Of a DNA stretch of 64,000 nucleotides, positions 48,371-61,755 are shown piece after piece. Location of the stretch: the NCBI GenBank assembly GCA_022605425.2, contig CM061254.1:1-64000 (forward strand), written 5' to 3'. Both the position numbers and the translations under genes were made by a program. This stretch comes from Hamiltosporidium tvaerminnensis FI-OER-3-3 (Eukaryota > Fungi > Microsporidia). Every line of letters begins with the position of its first letter. Within the stretch, counting starts at the first letter, position 1. The notes under the pieces were generated by a model. That model had not been told where the DNA came from. It made no database searches and saw only the letters and a list, made by a program, of their open reading frames with translations.

Positions 48371-51300
48371 GGCTTTTAAAATTTGGTTCGAATAAAAAAA
48401 AAATACAAATTTATTTAAATTTTATTAGTTCAAGTTTTTCTAAAAATCATTTCTTAAAGTATTAACATGCAAAATACATCTTATTTTATTTCTTCATTTA
48501 AATATCAGATAAAACAGAAGAATCTTTATTTGTTTATATAAAAGTAATAGCTTTATGTCGTTTAATGAAAATACTTGAATAACTTTCTAATTGAATAAAT
48601 TAACTTTATTACTAAGATTATATTTATGAAAATAGTGTTATTTTTTTTACCTAACTTTAACTTAGTGTTTTTCTTGTATCTCTGCATTATGTATATAGGA
48701 TAAATACTAGATTTATATTAAAATATACAGTAAACTACGTTTAAATATATATAAATTAATATACCAACCCAAAATACACAATCTAGAAATTTAGAATATA
48801 AATAGTATTCAAATGTTATCAGTTAAAAATATTTTTAGCTATGAATAGACACAAACAGCTAAACTGTTATAAAAAGAATAATCAACTACCTATTTTAGTA
48901 GTAACATCTCTTAAACGAAATCTACTAATAAAAAGTTTTGTCAAGATCTATATAAATAATCTTAGAAGCTAAATGAACATAGAATCAATGATATAAATAT
49001 AGTTGATCAAGATTTTGTACTTACAATGATTGTTGAATTGTTTGGTAAAATATCTAAAAATCATTACAAGTTTTTTAAAAGTTATTAACATGCTTGTGCA
49101 ATATTAAATGTACATTTGGTTTCGTTTCTTTTAACATAGAAATGGAAAATATACAATCAATAATGTTTAGATACTTCAAAGTTCTATAAAAAATTACCGT
49201 CTGCTTACCTATTCTTGAAATTTCAATTCAGTTGGTTTTTACTGTGATTTTAAAAATCAATAGATATAATTCTAATAATAATAAAAAATAACTATTTGTG
49301 TATAATCAGTTAAACATATCTGAAATATTTAAAAAATATCTTAGAATTTTTATTCCTAAACAATAAATACTAATTGAAACGAATAATAAATTTAAATAAT
49401 AGTAAACAAAAAAATTCGAAGTATTTCTTTGATAGACAAAAAACTTAAGATACATTATCAAAAGCACAAGGAACCTAAAGAAGAGTTATGGAATTTACTA
49501 TATAGAGCAAAAATCATGAGAAATTATAGAGAAATTAAATGCATACCAATTAAAATAAGGTTTCGGGTAAAATCAAAATATTTAACTTTAACGTTTGCCC
49601 AACATTTCGAAAATCAAATTGCGGACTTAAAAAAAAAATGACATATTTGTAAAATAAATCAAATAAAAGAAGAAAATGGGTTGAATATGGCATTAAAAAG
49701 GAGATTAGAAAAACTCTGAATTGAATATTTCAAATTAGAAATGTTTAAATTATGTTGGAAAAAACTAAGCCGAAACTATACAGGATAAAAATATATGAAA
49801 ATTTTGGATATTTATATGAAGAAATCTCAGATTTTACAGATATTATTTATTGCGAATTAATCAAGAGTGGCTTAGGCTTACTTGAATTATTTATAAAATT
49901 CTAGTTTGACATTTCTCTATCATTTAAATTTTTCCTCCACCATTTAAACGTTTCACATCTTTCCTCTAAATTCGACTCATTATTCATGTATATTATCGAT
50001 TCTTCTGTGATAAAAGTATCTAAAATAGGAGTAAGATATTTTTTGTATTTACTTGTTAAAAATCTTCTTAAGTTAACCGGCTATCTTATATTAAGCAAAT
50101 TATGGTATCTTTAGAAATTGTCAGATTAGGTTTCAAAAGCCAAATTTTCTTTAATCTAGTACAACTGAATATTCTTTACGTTTATTTAAGTTCAACTGGG
50201 AGCAAAATGTGATTAATTTAAAAAGTTTCTTTTGAATAATTGTGCTTTTTTGTGTCTTAATACATGTTTATTTATAAAAAAAGCTTCTATTTTAAGTATA
50301 TACATAAAAGGATCACTTTTCTAATTTAAAAAATAAATTGAGAAAAAAATTATGTATATTCTTGTCGAATAGAATTTTTAAGCCAAAAAAATAATTATTC
50401 TTTCAAGTATAAACCAGTAAAGTTTTTTTCCGGAGTTACAATACATTGTAGGTTTCTTTGGTTTTTATGCTTAATTATGATTTTGTCTAGTAAAATTAAT
50501 ATAGTACGTAAATCTTCGAACCAAAATAGCATTTTAGATTTAATATAACCATATAAAATTATTATTGTTAGCTATATTTTTATCGGGAATATATATTATC
50601 TTATTTTAAAATCAAATACCCAATCAATTTTTTCGTGTAAATATTCCTCTAAAAAAATTATTCATCGTTAAAAAGTCTAAATATTTATTATATTCAAAGC
50701 TCGTTTTTTTATTAAAAAATTTTAAGTCTATAGACTACATTTCTATAAAAATATTTATTAATGGTTGTAAGAGAAAATATTAAAAGTTTAATATGTTGAT
50801 TCCGTTTTCAATAAATCTAAAATTAATGAAAAGTGATTTATTTGATTCAATTAATAGAATAGCAACAAAAAGATAATAAAGAGAAATAAAAAATTATTAT
50901 TGTGATAATACTATCCGAAGAACTATCTTTTTATATATAAGCACAAATGATACATAAAATCGCTATTTGATTGTTATTTCGAAATGAAAGTCGAATCTGC
51001 AACTCACTCTATCTATTGCTTATTATAAAAATAAAGACAAAATACGCCACACATAAAATAAAAAAGCATTAGATCAAAGTATGAGGCTTAAAATAAACGT
51101 TTCAATATTATAAATCATGAAGGTAATAGAAAAAACGATTACTAAAGAGATAAATAAATCGATATTCTAAAATGTTACAATAAAAGCCAATTTTACAGGT
51201 TTTAGAATACAATTTCAAAGAAGCTAAGCCTTACTACAAGCATATAAGACATATGTCTGTGGAAAGGTATAAATTCAACTAAATTTAAATTTAAGAAAAT

Positions 51301-53175
51301 ATAAGTCACATCCAAGAATATCCAAGTAACATTAGGATCTCCGGGAAATGAAAAATTATTTATTTTGATTTCTCTTTGATAAATATAACCCACGCGTTAA
51401 AATATGAAAAAAGTGTATCTAATTGTGAGAATTTAACCGATTTCGTAGTTTAGAACAATTTTAACTTCTTCAATTATTGGCGGCATAAAAAATCATTTAG
51501 TATATAGATTGATTTTACAAACAAAAAAAATTGAAATCATTGAAAAAAGGTAGTTGCCAATTATAATCGTTTCTGAAATTTACTCGAAATATATTTCCAT
51601 AACACCAATTATAAAATTTGCTATGCATTGCGAAAATTTTCTCAAACTTTTAACAGATATAGTTTCCCTGAAATACCACGGTCGAATTGCAATAAAATAA
51701 TGCATGTAATATGTACATGAATAAATTATGTATAAAATTTGATGTTAGAAATAGCTACAATCGACTTATAAACTTCGAAACTAGTACAATTAACAACTTG
51801 ACAAATCATGAGGCTTTAAAAAACATGAACTTTGTCTTATGAAGAATGTTTTCTATCGCAGTATTAATAGCTAATAATTCATGTAACGGCCCCAGTATCC
51901 TGATCTCAAAGATAATGTTACGAAAAATAAATTGGTAACAGCAGAAGATAGTTCAAGGATTGTAAAAACAATTCCTGGATATTTTTGAAGAAACAGTTAA
52001 TTCTGATAGAAATATTTGGCTTTGTTCTGTTTCTCCAATATAAAATGTATCTCTTTCAAAGACTTAATTCTATAATTACAGTACTCGAAAATATTAGTTC
52101 TTTTTAGAAAACCGAATAATTTAATACAATCATAGAGAAGTATGGAGTAAATATATTTCTAAATATGGGATATGCCTGTGTTTAATATAATGAATCGACC
52201 TTTTCCCATAATATCATGCCTTTATCGCAAAGAGCTTTGATACAAACAAGAATACAAAGAAAAAATTTTAGAATGTCGCTTGAAATGTATTTGGATTACA
52301 TTTGAGTCTGTTGGTAATCATTCATTTGGTTTTAAATTAAAATAAATTAGGTGCACTGTGAAAAAATACATCATGAAATATTGAGAGCAGAATCGAATTA
52401 AAAGTAATCGAGTTTGTTTCTCTAGTAATATTTTATTGCAAGTTCTAATTTTTATTTTTTTTCTACTCTAATTTGAGTTTAATATTATTTATTTGCTATA
52501 GAGTAAGTCTTGGATAGAAAACAACAGCGAAGAAGATGAGGTAAATTTTTAAAAAAAATGTGATAACATCATTTTTACGATATTTTAATACCAAATGCAT
52601 CATATATATCTTAATAGCTGATTAACATTTCTTATTCAAGTTTTTTTGATCTTGTCTTCGAGAATTGGAAAAAGAAAGAGATGCGTATTCCCGTAAGTCT
52701 AATATGTAAAAAGGTTCACGTATAATTAAATATTTTTGTTTCTCATGGTTCGAAATACTTTTAAATGGCGTATAGTAAAGTTTGAAGGAATATTTGTTGA
52801 GTATTGTGACTTAAAAATCGCGTTTTAACTAATATTAGATTCTGATGATATAATTCGTACGCAAAAAAATGATTAAAACTTTACACACTTTTATCGTTAG
52901 ATTGGATATTTTTATTCTAAAAAATTTTTCATTGGTCTTATGAAATAATTAAATAAAAAATTATTTTAAGATGTTTCTATTTTATTAGTTGTTTGAGTGA
53001 TATAGCTAAATGCAACCATATTACGATAAATTTGTTTAAAGTACATTTATTACAGATTTATAAAATTAAAATTTTCTTTACCAACTAGAATATTTTATTT
53101 ACAGGTTTAGGCCAAATCTTTCAGTTTTTGATTTATTAATTTGATTTATTATTTAATGTTTTTAATTCGCTAATT

Positions 53176-53413
53176 TTCTCCACCATGCCGAGAGCAGACT
53201 TGGCTTGGAATATTCTATGCCTGTATTAAGAGGCGACTAAAAGGGACTGGTTCTGCATGTTGGCGTTGCCTTTAGGGCTAACAACCCTCCCTTTAAAACC
53301 ACCGCGTGTTACGAAACCCGAAAAAGTAAAGAAACCCACTGGAAAGAAACTGGTGGGTGGTATTACTGAGGGAGACCGAGGCTCGTTTAGAGCTTCGGTT
53401 CCGGGGATGGATG
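53176..53413 (+). mobile_element. Family B short RTE-like retroelement with near-perfect 12-bp TSD
   Basis: Flanked by AATTCGCTAATT / AATTCTCTAATT. Contains AAGAGGCGACTAAAAGGGAC and GGGCTAACAACCC. Confidence 0.88.
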
Positions 53414-55576
53414 AATTCTCTAATTCTATAAAAATATAAGCGATTCTGATTTTTTAAAAGATTTAAAATGCATGATCGGTAATTTGGAATTTTTATGAAT
53501 TAAGCAGAAGAAAGCTATTAGAAATTGAACAATACATTTTCGAGTTTTAAGTATGAAAAAATAACAGTAAAAATATTTCTTTGATAAGCCATAATTTATA
53601 GTCTTAATTGCATTAATTCAAAATAGTGCTATTGTTGCTTATACGAATAATATAAATCTATATCTTCTACTGAAAATGATCTTATGTTTTTTATTTTTGT
53701 ATGAGCAGCTATTTTCACTTCAATGTTCCTAACCCACCAAAAAAATTTAATTAGGTACTTTTGAAGTAAAATTGGATTTTATTGTGTAACTTTTAGTTTA
53801 TTGCTGTATGTATCCTTATGATTGTATCTTGGAAGTAATTCTGACAAATTATCCTAATTTCTCTTTATATTTTGGAGCTCTCTGTATGCGATTTTATTAT
53901 ATCCAAGTTTGATCTATTAGAGGGTAATCAACGATTCAACATTTTTAAAATATCTACACTTATCGGAATAAAGATATATTTATAACTGTTCATTCATTTG
54001 GCTGGCGATTTAATTTAAAAAATAGAAAGTATTTTTCATAATCTTTTATAATAGTAGTATAGAGTCTAAAATCCTTTATTTTTTATTATTGAAACAGTTC
54101 AGCTTAAATTAAATTCGAAAATGATTTGTTAATATGTTAATCTATAAATCAAATTCAAAATAGTTACTCTCGATATATTACAAGTATATTTTCAAAATCT
54201 ATATAATGTATAATATTAAGTATCGATATATTATAAATAGCTAGTATATAAAAAATCAAAGAAAAAATAATCATTTTTCAAGATAGAACTGTAGTACCAG
54301 TCATAAACCAAACCTTTGTTGTATAATTTAAAAGTCAAAAATATCAAAATCATCCTCGAAACATATAGTAAATATTTTTTACTTAATTTAAATGAAAGTA
54401 GTTATTAAATGTAATTATATTTCATGCTTAAAATATTTTTCTAATCCCCTTATAAAATCCTTAAACTACTGCTTTATTTATTAAAGTTTCTTATTTAATT
54501 TATATTTTGTGTTGTATAACCAAAAAAATCTTTTAAATATGATTAATTAATATAAATTCTAATTTATCTGTATTTTAAACTTTGATTGTCAAAAACTATT
54601 CCATAAATTATGTTTCTTTCTTAAATATTATTTTTTAACCAAAAAATTATTTAAAAAAAATATTTTAATGAGTGTTTCATTCTTCATTTTTTTATATAGC
54701 AGATTATAATCAATTGATTAAATATAGCTATGATTAACAATCCAATTAGTTAAAAAATATATGAAAATTCTTTTACTTAATTAATTAAATATAGTAGAAA
54801 TTAACAGTACAATTCGTTAAAAAAATTTTTAAGATTCTTTTATTTGATATTATTTTACGTATAGTACATATTTCTCTCAAGTATTTAATTTTAATACTCT
54901 TTGCTGATATGTAATTTTGCAATCAAATATACCTGTATTTAATCAGACATTATTAGTATTTCATTATATTTAAGCCAAAATGAATTTAGAAAAATAATGT
55001 AAAAATGAGTTAGGTCATATTTATAAATGTAGTGTTGAGATAATCCCTTATGTACAATCTAATGTTTTCAGCATTGTTTTTATATTAAGCCTGAAAATCT
55101 GTACTGCTATTTAAGATTCAAAATTATTATCATAGAAAGTTTCCAATATGTATTTAAAGTCAAAAATATAAAATTTGCTAATTATTGTTTAAGTAATCTT
55201 ATTAATATCAATCTATTTTTCCTTTTTCCTTACAAAAGTCAGTGAAAATATAAATTAAATTATACAATGTGAATACCAAGGAAATAATTTTAAAAAATGA
55301 AATCTAAAACAAGGGTGGGAAATAATTCATTCAAATAAATTTTTTTTTCTTTACCCTTCGAAGTAATTTATTTTTTAAATTTCATTCAGCATTAAATGTG
55401 AATTTAAGAGCATTTTCATTCATATGAAAAGTGTGTCGGATTTCACAAACATTTTATATTAAATTTGTTTCTTCTCAAGTTCTTAGTTTTATACTTTTAA
55501 AATAATTTATTTACAAAATCTCACTTTGTTCAAATACATACCAATTATTTTATAAAAAGGTCCAAATTTCTATTAA

Positions 55577-55787
55577 ATTATATTTCATCATTCATTTATA
55601 ACAATTTTCTTTAACATCCAAAATAAAAAATTTTATAACGTTAATATGTATCTTATTATATTTCATCATTCATTTAATACAATTTTCTTTCTCCTTCAAT
55701 ATGAAAAATTTTATAACGTTAATATGTATCTTATTATATTTCATCATTCATTTATAACAATTTTCTTTCTCCTTCAATATGAAAAAT
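55577..55787. repeat. 78-bp tandem repeat (~2.7 copies) overlapping a gene start
   Basis: Units start at 55577, 55655 and 55733. Confidence 0.85.
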
Positions 55788-56120
55788 GATTCGGACGAAG
55801 ATCTTTATTTTAGCAAAAAAGAAAGAAATATTTATGAAATGGAAATAGAAAATAAAGAATTAAGAGAAAATCTATTTGAAAATAAAGAAATCGGTTATAC
55901 AAAAGGTATGAACTTACAAGAAAAATATAAAAATATAATTTATGTTTTATTTGGATATTTACATACTACAAATACATGTAAAACCAGTGTAATTGAGTGT
56001 TTAGCTGATTTAATTTATGAGAATGAAAATTTGGATTTTCTTGAAAATCGTGTTTCTTATATATTAAAGAATAGAATTTCAGATTTGAAAGAGATAATAA
56101 ATTTATTAAAAAACATTTAA
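55779..56120 (+). CDS. Hypothetical protein (113 aa)
   Basis: Open frame with acidic, coiled-coil-like composition. GY..G motif present but no family assigned. Confidence 0.7.
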   Translation: MKNDSDEDLYFSKKERNIYEMEIENKELRENLFENKEIGYTKGMNLQEKYKNIIYVLFGYLHTTNTCKTSVIECLADLIYENENLDFLENRVSYILKNRISDLKEIINLLKNI

Positions 56121-56375
56121 ATTTGTATTTCTTATATATTAAAGAATATATTATTACAGATATAAGCGAATTCCAACTATCAAATAAGCATTTAAATTTG
56201 TATTTCTTTTTTAAAATATTTTTTTTGATAAAATTATGAGTAAAAAATATAATAAAAATCCGAATTTATAAAGCTAGAAAAATAAATACAAATTTAAATC
56301 TACGAAAAACCAAAATACGGTTATTTTTGAAACAAGTTTAAGAAAAAAAAGATAATTTTTGTTTCAAGAAGTAAA

Positions 56376-56567
56376 ATGCTTGCAGGACTGATAAAATTCA
56401 TAATATTTATTATACTTCTTATATTCTTAGCAGCTTTACTCATGAAATTCGTATTGGGTGTCGCCATCTTTGATACTCTTATTTCTAAACAATATTCTGA
56501 AAAAATCAATTTATGGAAGGTTTATGGATCTGATTTGATTGAAAAAATAAAAAGTAATGTTTTTTAA
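56376..56567 (+). CDS. Small single-pass membrane protein (63 aa)
   Basis: Long N-terminal hydrophobic segment followed by a charged tail. Confidence 0.6.
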   Translation: MLAGLIKFIIFIILLIFLAALLMKFVLGVAIFDTLISKQYSEKINLWKVYGSDLIEKIKSNVF

Positions 56568-56881
56568 AAATAAAATTAGAGTTGTAACGTTTAAGAGTAA
56601 ATTTTTTTTATTGATTGATTTTAAAAGTTAAAAAGGAGGATTAAAATTTTATTTTAATGTAGAAAAAAATTGTAATTCTTATATCCTATTTTGTATCGAT
56701 TTTCATTTTAAAATTATTTTATGAAAATTTTAAAAATCAAAATTAAATTTTAAAGGATTCTTTATTGCGCTTTTCCTATTTTTAAAAATATATTTTGAAA
56801 ATAACTTAAACGAATCAAACGAATTCAAAAAATATGAATATTTATATAAAAACCAAAATACTTTATTTACCTAATATTATA

Positions 56882-57046
56882 TCACTTTAGAAGTCCATCT
56901 GCTCCACCGCTCTTACCACCACTTTCTTCATCTGAACCGGTAGAATTACCACCTTTCTTAATTTTTTTCCATCCAAATATACCAGCAGGTATAGCAAGTA
57001 CTACTAAAATAAGAACTATAATAATAATAAGTATTTTCATATTCAT
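56882..57046 (-). CDS. Small membrane microprotein (54 aa; below the ORF-track cutoff)
   Basis: MNMKILIIIIVLILVVLAIPAGIFGWKKIKKGGNSTGSDEESGGKSGGADGLLK*. Locally GC-elevated, with mostly A/T third codon positions. Confidence 0.7.
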   Translation of the reverse strand: MNMKILIIIIVLILVVLAIPAGIFGWKKIKKGGNSTGSDEESGGKSGGADGLLK

Positions 57047-57683
57047 ACTTTACAATTATTTCCTTATTTTATACTTTTAATTTAAAAATGTAACCATTAA
57101 TTTTGCATTTCAACTTAGATATGACTTTTGATTTTTCAATATATTTTTTTGATAGCTTTGTACTTTTATTCTAAGAATTATTTCTTATTTTTTTATTCAT
57201 TTTTTTTCTATCAAAATAGATTTTAACCAATAATTTTATTGATTTTTAGATAAAAATATTGAAGAATTTCAAAAATTCAGAATACTAGGTTTTTTTAATG
57301 TAACGAATTAAAAGTATTTAAAGGAGTAATGAGTATTGTGATGGGTATTATTGTAGAGGATTAGTTTATAATAATGGAAAGAGGATACTGTAATTTAATA
57401 TTGATGTTTAATACGTTTAAATGAGTTATTAAATACAGTATTACTGCTTTAAAATTTTATATTTTTTTCTCACACAAGAGATAATACAAGAATACTGAAA
57501 TAATTAGGTATCATTTATTTATTTACCGTTTCGTTTATTTACCGTTTCGATTATTTAATGAACATTTGGATTATTTATTTAAATTTATTTTTTTACATTT
57601 ATCTTTTAAATATTTTGTAATTCTTTACAAGTTTTTAAATTTTTTTATAGAGGAAAGAAAAATATATTTTAAATAAAAATGTA

Positions 57684-57823
57684 GGCTGTATTGGCTCAAA
57701 CACAAATAATTGTTTTGATTCCTATTAGCCGTGCCTTTAATATATTCTCAGTGGCGGAAAACTTTATAAAAAGAATTCCGTAGCATTGAGAATTACTTTT
57801 TGATTCGAAGGGGTAAGTTCGAA
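57684..57823 (+). ncRNA. Candidate small structured RNA (snRNA/snoRNA-like, unassigned)
   Basis: Hairpin 57684-57730, long hairpin 57744-57793 with G-U pairs on +, a U-rich ACTTTTTGA segment and a terminal TTCGAA/TTCGAA stem. Confidence 0.35.
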
Positions 57824-58149
57824 AAAAATATAAATTTTGAATTTTAGAAAATATTTTTATGAATTTGAATTTATTTAAAAAATTTTTTATGAAGTTTGGA
57901 ACGAATTTGGTTAAAAAAAATTAAAATAGTTTTATTTTACGGTAATTCATATTAAAGCAATTAAAATTTTTGAAGGAGTAAAAATATTTTTTTATTCCAA
58001 TTTTGAATCCGAATCTAATGTTTTAACAATATATAAATAGAAATATTAATACAATACTTGTTATATTAGCTTAAATATTTAAATCGCAGATTCTTTGTAA
58101 ATATTTTATATATTAAATTTCCTTTGTACTTACAATCTCATCATATTGC

Positions 58150-58209
58150 TGTTTATTTTGTTTATTTTGTTTATTTTGTTTATTTTGTTTATTTTGTTTA
58201 TTTTGTTTA
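58150..58209. repeat. 9-bp tandem repeat (GTTTATTTT)n, about 6.5 copies
   Basis: Seen directly; lies just 3' of the WD40 gene stop. Confidence 0.9.
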
Positions 58210-58240
58210 AATTACTTAAATTACTTAAATATGCTTGTAT

Positions 58241-59719
58241 TTACATTCTAGTCATATCACCGATTCTATCTGAATATTCCTCTAAATCTACGTCTTCTCT
58301 ATCATTAAGCATTTCAAATAATGCAATTGTATTTTCATTATCTTCTTCATTTTCATTTGTATTTGTGAATTCAAATGGTGAATAGACATAGAAACAGTTC
58401 TCGATACCGGAACAGAAGATGTACGGATATAAAGGATGCATGATAGTTGTATTAATGTTACCTCTGAATCCTTTTAAAACATTTGAATCTGTAAAAATGG
58501 CCGGATTACAATTTTTAAAAGAATATTTAGAAAATATAGAATCTTTATAATTTATGGTACTTTCATAAGTTTTTAATTTTGGGAATATTGGTTGCTCTTT
58601 ATATTGAATGTTTTCATAACCAAATGAATTAATATTGCTTGTAATATTCCTATTTACTGTATAATCTAGAAGATTGTAAGATCTATATTTGGTATTTGTA
58701 GTGTATGAATTATTTTTTAAATTAGTGCTTTTCAAATTTATATTTTTTGTCGAATCGTATGGTTTTAAATCGCTAATACTGTTTTTTTCTATATAATTAA
58801 TATTTCCGTTAAAGGAAATATTTTTATTGGAAGATTCATTTTTTACAATATTGTGTTTTTCTTTAAAAAAATCATGAAAAGAATTTTCTGGGTCGGGTGG
58901 AAATTTCCAGTAAATAACAGCTTTGTTATCTGAACCTGATAGTATAAAGGAGTCTGATGGTCCTCCAAAAGAATAATTCTTCATTGTACAAACGTGTTTG
59001 ACATTTTCATTATAAAAAATATGAGTAGGACTGGTATGTTCTTTAGAATAAAGAAGGGGAAGAAAATAAAAAGGAGAAACTAAGATGTACCTACCATTCT
59101 GGTTGAAAACGCAACTGGAGATAGAAAGTCGGTGATTTCTATTCTTGTATATGTTTGTATCGTAGATAAGTAAAGGAGCGCTGAGATTTCTTCTATCGAA
59201 TAGTTCCAATTTACCTTCGTTTCCAGAAATCACAAGAGTTGAATCGAAAGGATTAAACGAAAGTGAAGTTAGATTTTGGGATGTTGCCAACATCTTTATA
59301 CGTTTTTTTACTCTTTTATCGTACATAAATAGTCCATTTGTGGAAGCCACACCAAATATATTTGGTGAATTGGAACAAATATCTATTTTATGACATCTAT
59401 GACTTGATCTCTCGGTTTTATACTTAATTTTACACTTTACGGTATCATAAACATGTGCAAACCCATCCAAACTACAAGAAAATATTTCAGTATCCGACAT
59501 TCCAAACTTCAGCGAAAATACATTGTTTCTATGTCCAATCAACCTACACACTTCCTTACAAAACACATTGTCTAACAAATCATGCACAACAATTTTTTGG
59601 TCATCACTTCCACTAGCCAAATACTTTCCACTTTGAGATATTGATAAAGCATTAATACATCCACTATGACTGTAAACCTTCTTAAAATATTTAAACTGAT
59701 AGTTGTGTAACTCAAACAT
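58241..59719 (-). CDS. WD40-repeat protein, DCAF5/WDR22-like (DDB1-CUL4 associated factor)
   Basis: HSGCINAL..LASGSDD, GHRNNVF, FDRR (WDxR-like), CTMK.YSFGG..D.FILSGSD and LKG.R...N...CSGIE match the DCAF5/DCAF8 pattern. CCC motif upstream of the ATG. Confidence 0.85.
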   Translation of the reverse strand: MFELHNYQFKYFKKVYSHSGCINALSISQSGKYLASGSDDQKIVVHDLLDNVFCKEVCRLIGHRNNVFSLKFGMSDTEIFSCSLDGFAHVYDTVKCKIKYKTERSSHRCHKIDICSNSPNIFGVASTNGLFMYDKRVKKRIKMLATSQNLTSLSFNPFDSTLVISGNEGKLELFDRRNLSAPLLIYDTNIYKNRNHRLSISSCVFNQNGRYILVSPFYFLPLLYSKEHTSPTHIFYNENVKHVCTMKNYSFGGPSDSFILSGSDNKAVIYWKFPPDPENSFHDFFKEKHNIVKNESSNKNISFNGNINYIEKNSISDLKPYDSTKNINLKSTNLKNNSYTTNTKYRSYNLLDYTVNRNITSNINSFGYENIQYKEQPIFPKLKTYESTINYKDSIFSKYSFKNCNPAIFTDSNVLKGFRGNINTTIMHPLYPYIFCSGIENCFYVYSPFEFTNTNENEEDNENTIALFEMLNDREDVDLEEYSDRIGDMTRM

Positions 59720-60758
59720 TAGATGGGAATCTATTTTTTATTTTTTTAATCCGTAAAAATAATGTTATCTTAATTTATCATCAATTATTAAGCAATATAA
59801 TCTTTAATTGCTAAATTTTAAAATATATTTTCATAATTTTACTTAAAGAAAACTATTTATTAAAAGAGATCTTATAAGATAAAATGTATAAAAGAATTAT
59901 ATTTTACATTTTTATATGATTATACTAACTTTCATCTCTCATTTCAAATCTTTAAAATATAATTTTGTGTTTCTCAAAAGTATATTAAAAAATTTTGAGA
60001 AAATCTTAAATTTAAATGTGAGAATCGGAAAAAAGATTATAAGCTGCTGGTTATAAATAAGAAAAAATCAATTTTAATGATTTTGTTATTTCTTAGATCT
60101 GGAAAACCAGTACACTGTAATTATTATAAATTTATATTCAAAAAATATTTTGATTTTACTTGTTTCGACTAAATTTGTTAACTTTTTACAAATAAAATAC
60201 TTTCTTTTGTATATTTTTAGTATAAAGAACAAATAAAGATTGTCCTTTGAATTCATTTTTTTAGAAATAAAATGTTAAATTTTATTTTCTCATTGTAAAG
60301 AACGGATTATAAAGTCTTTTGAATCAATTTTTACAAATTAAATGTTAAATTTTATCTTTCTCACTATAAAGAAAGGATTATAATTGAGTTATTAATCCAT
60401 TTCTCTGAATTCATCTTTTTAAAAATAAAATATAAATTTATACTTTTTAAAAAAACAGATAATAATTGTCTTTTATTTCTTCTCATAATTTAAAATATAA
60501 CATTTGTCTATTCATTCCTACAATTTTAAACAGATTTTGTCACTATTTTTTACTTATTTTTATATTAATTTATTTTTAAAGAATTAGAATCGGACTAGCT
60601 GATACAATAGCTTTATATAATTTGTATTTTGATTTGGTTTATAAATTTTTATAGTAGAAATATTTTTAAATTAAAAATATATCTCCTTTATATAAATAAT
60701 CTTTCATTTTTATTTTTTTTAAAAACTATAAATATTTTTCAAATCAAGAAAAAAGTAT

Positions 60759-60990
60759 GTATAATTTTACTTATCAGTATAGTTTGTACTTAAGATTATA
60801 ATTTTACTTAAGATTATAGTTTTATTCATTATTATAATTTTACTTATCAGTATAGTTTGTACTTAACAATATAATTTTACTTAAGATTATATTTTTATTC
60901 ACTATTATAATTTTACTTAAGATTATAGTTTTATTCATTATTATAGTTGTACTTAACATTTTAATTTGTACCTAACAGTATAATTTTTTT
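60759..60990. repeat. Degenerate AT-rich tandem repeat (~19-20 bp subunits)
   Basis: Recurring TATAATTTTACTTA(AGAT/TCAG) units. Confidence 0.75.
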
Positions 60991-61528
60991 AACAGAGAAA
61001 CTAAAAACCTAGATTTACAACTTTAAATGGTAAACAATATAACCTTTGTGTAAATAAATAAATTAATATTTATTATTTGTGATTATAAATGTGTTTTTAT
61101 TTAGAAAAAAATTGTAGATTTCTAATAATAAATATAAATTTATTTTTTTAAATAGGAAATTAAATAAGAAGAAGATAAATTGTAGTAAATAATGTTTTTT
61201 CTTTTGTATTTCAATATCAATTGAATTTTAGATAGGAAGTTAAATATGAAAATATTTTTAATTGAAGTAAAAGATATGTTCTTCTTACCAGATTAGTTTT
61301 TAAAGAACTAAATCTGTAAAATTTTTAATTTAATGAAAACTAATCTTTTATTTAGGGTAAAAGTATTTTTTTTATTTAAATTCCTATTTAAATCTCTATA
61401 ATTGTAAAAAAAAAGTATTTTTTTCTTTTCTATATTTCTTCTAAGATATAAATAAATTATTGAAGCTAAACTATAGAAGTAATGAAAAGAAAATTTATAA
61501 TACAGAATCTAATAATTACAAATAATTT

Positions 61529-61735
61529 TTATTTGATAAAATTCTGAGTTAAAATATTTTTACCATTTTTATATATTTTCTTCTACCCTCTTAACTATTT
61601 ATTTAATAAAATTCTGAGTTAAAATATTTTTACCATTTTTATATATTTTCTTCTACCTTCTTAACTATTTATTTAATAAAATTCTGAGTTAAAATATTTT
61701 TACCATTTTTATATATTTTCTTCTACCTCCTTAAC
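61529..61735. repeat. 70-bp tandem repeat, about 3 copies
   Basis: ATTCTGAGTTAAAATATTTTTACC at 61541, 61611 and 61681. Confidence 0.9.
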
Positions 61736-61755
61736 CACTAAATTACAAATAATTC

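Noticed and set aside
58146-58385. 79-aa (LFI)n ORF
   Set aside because: Translation of the 9-bp minisatellite, antisense to the WD40 gene.
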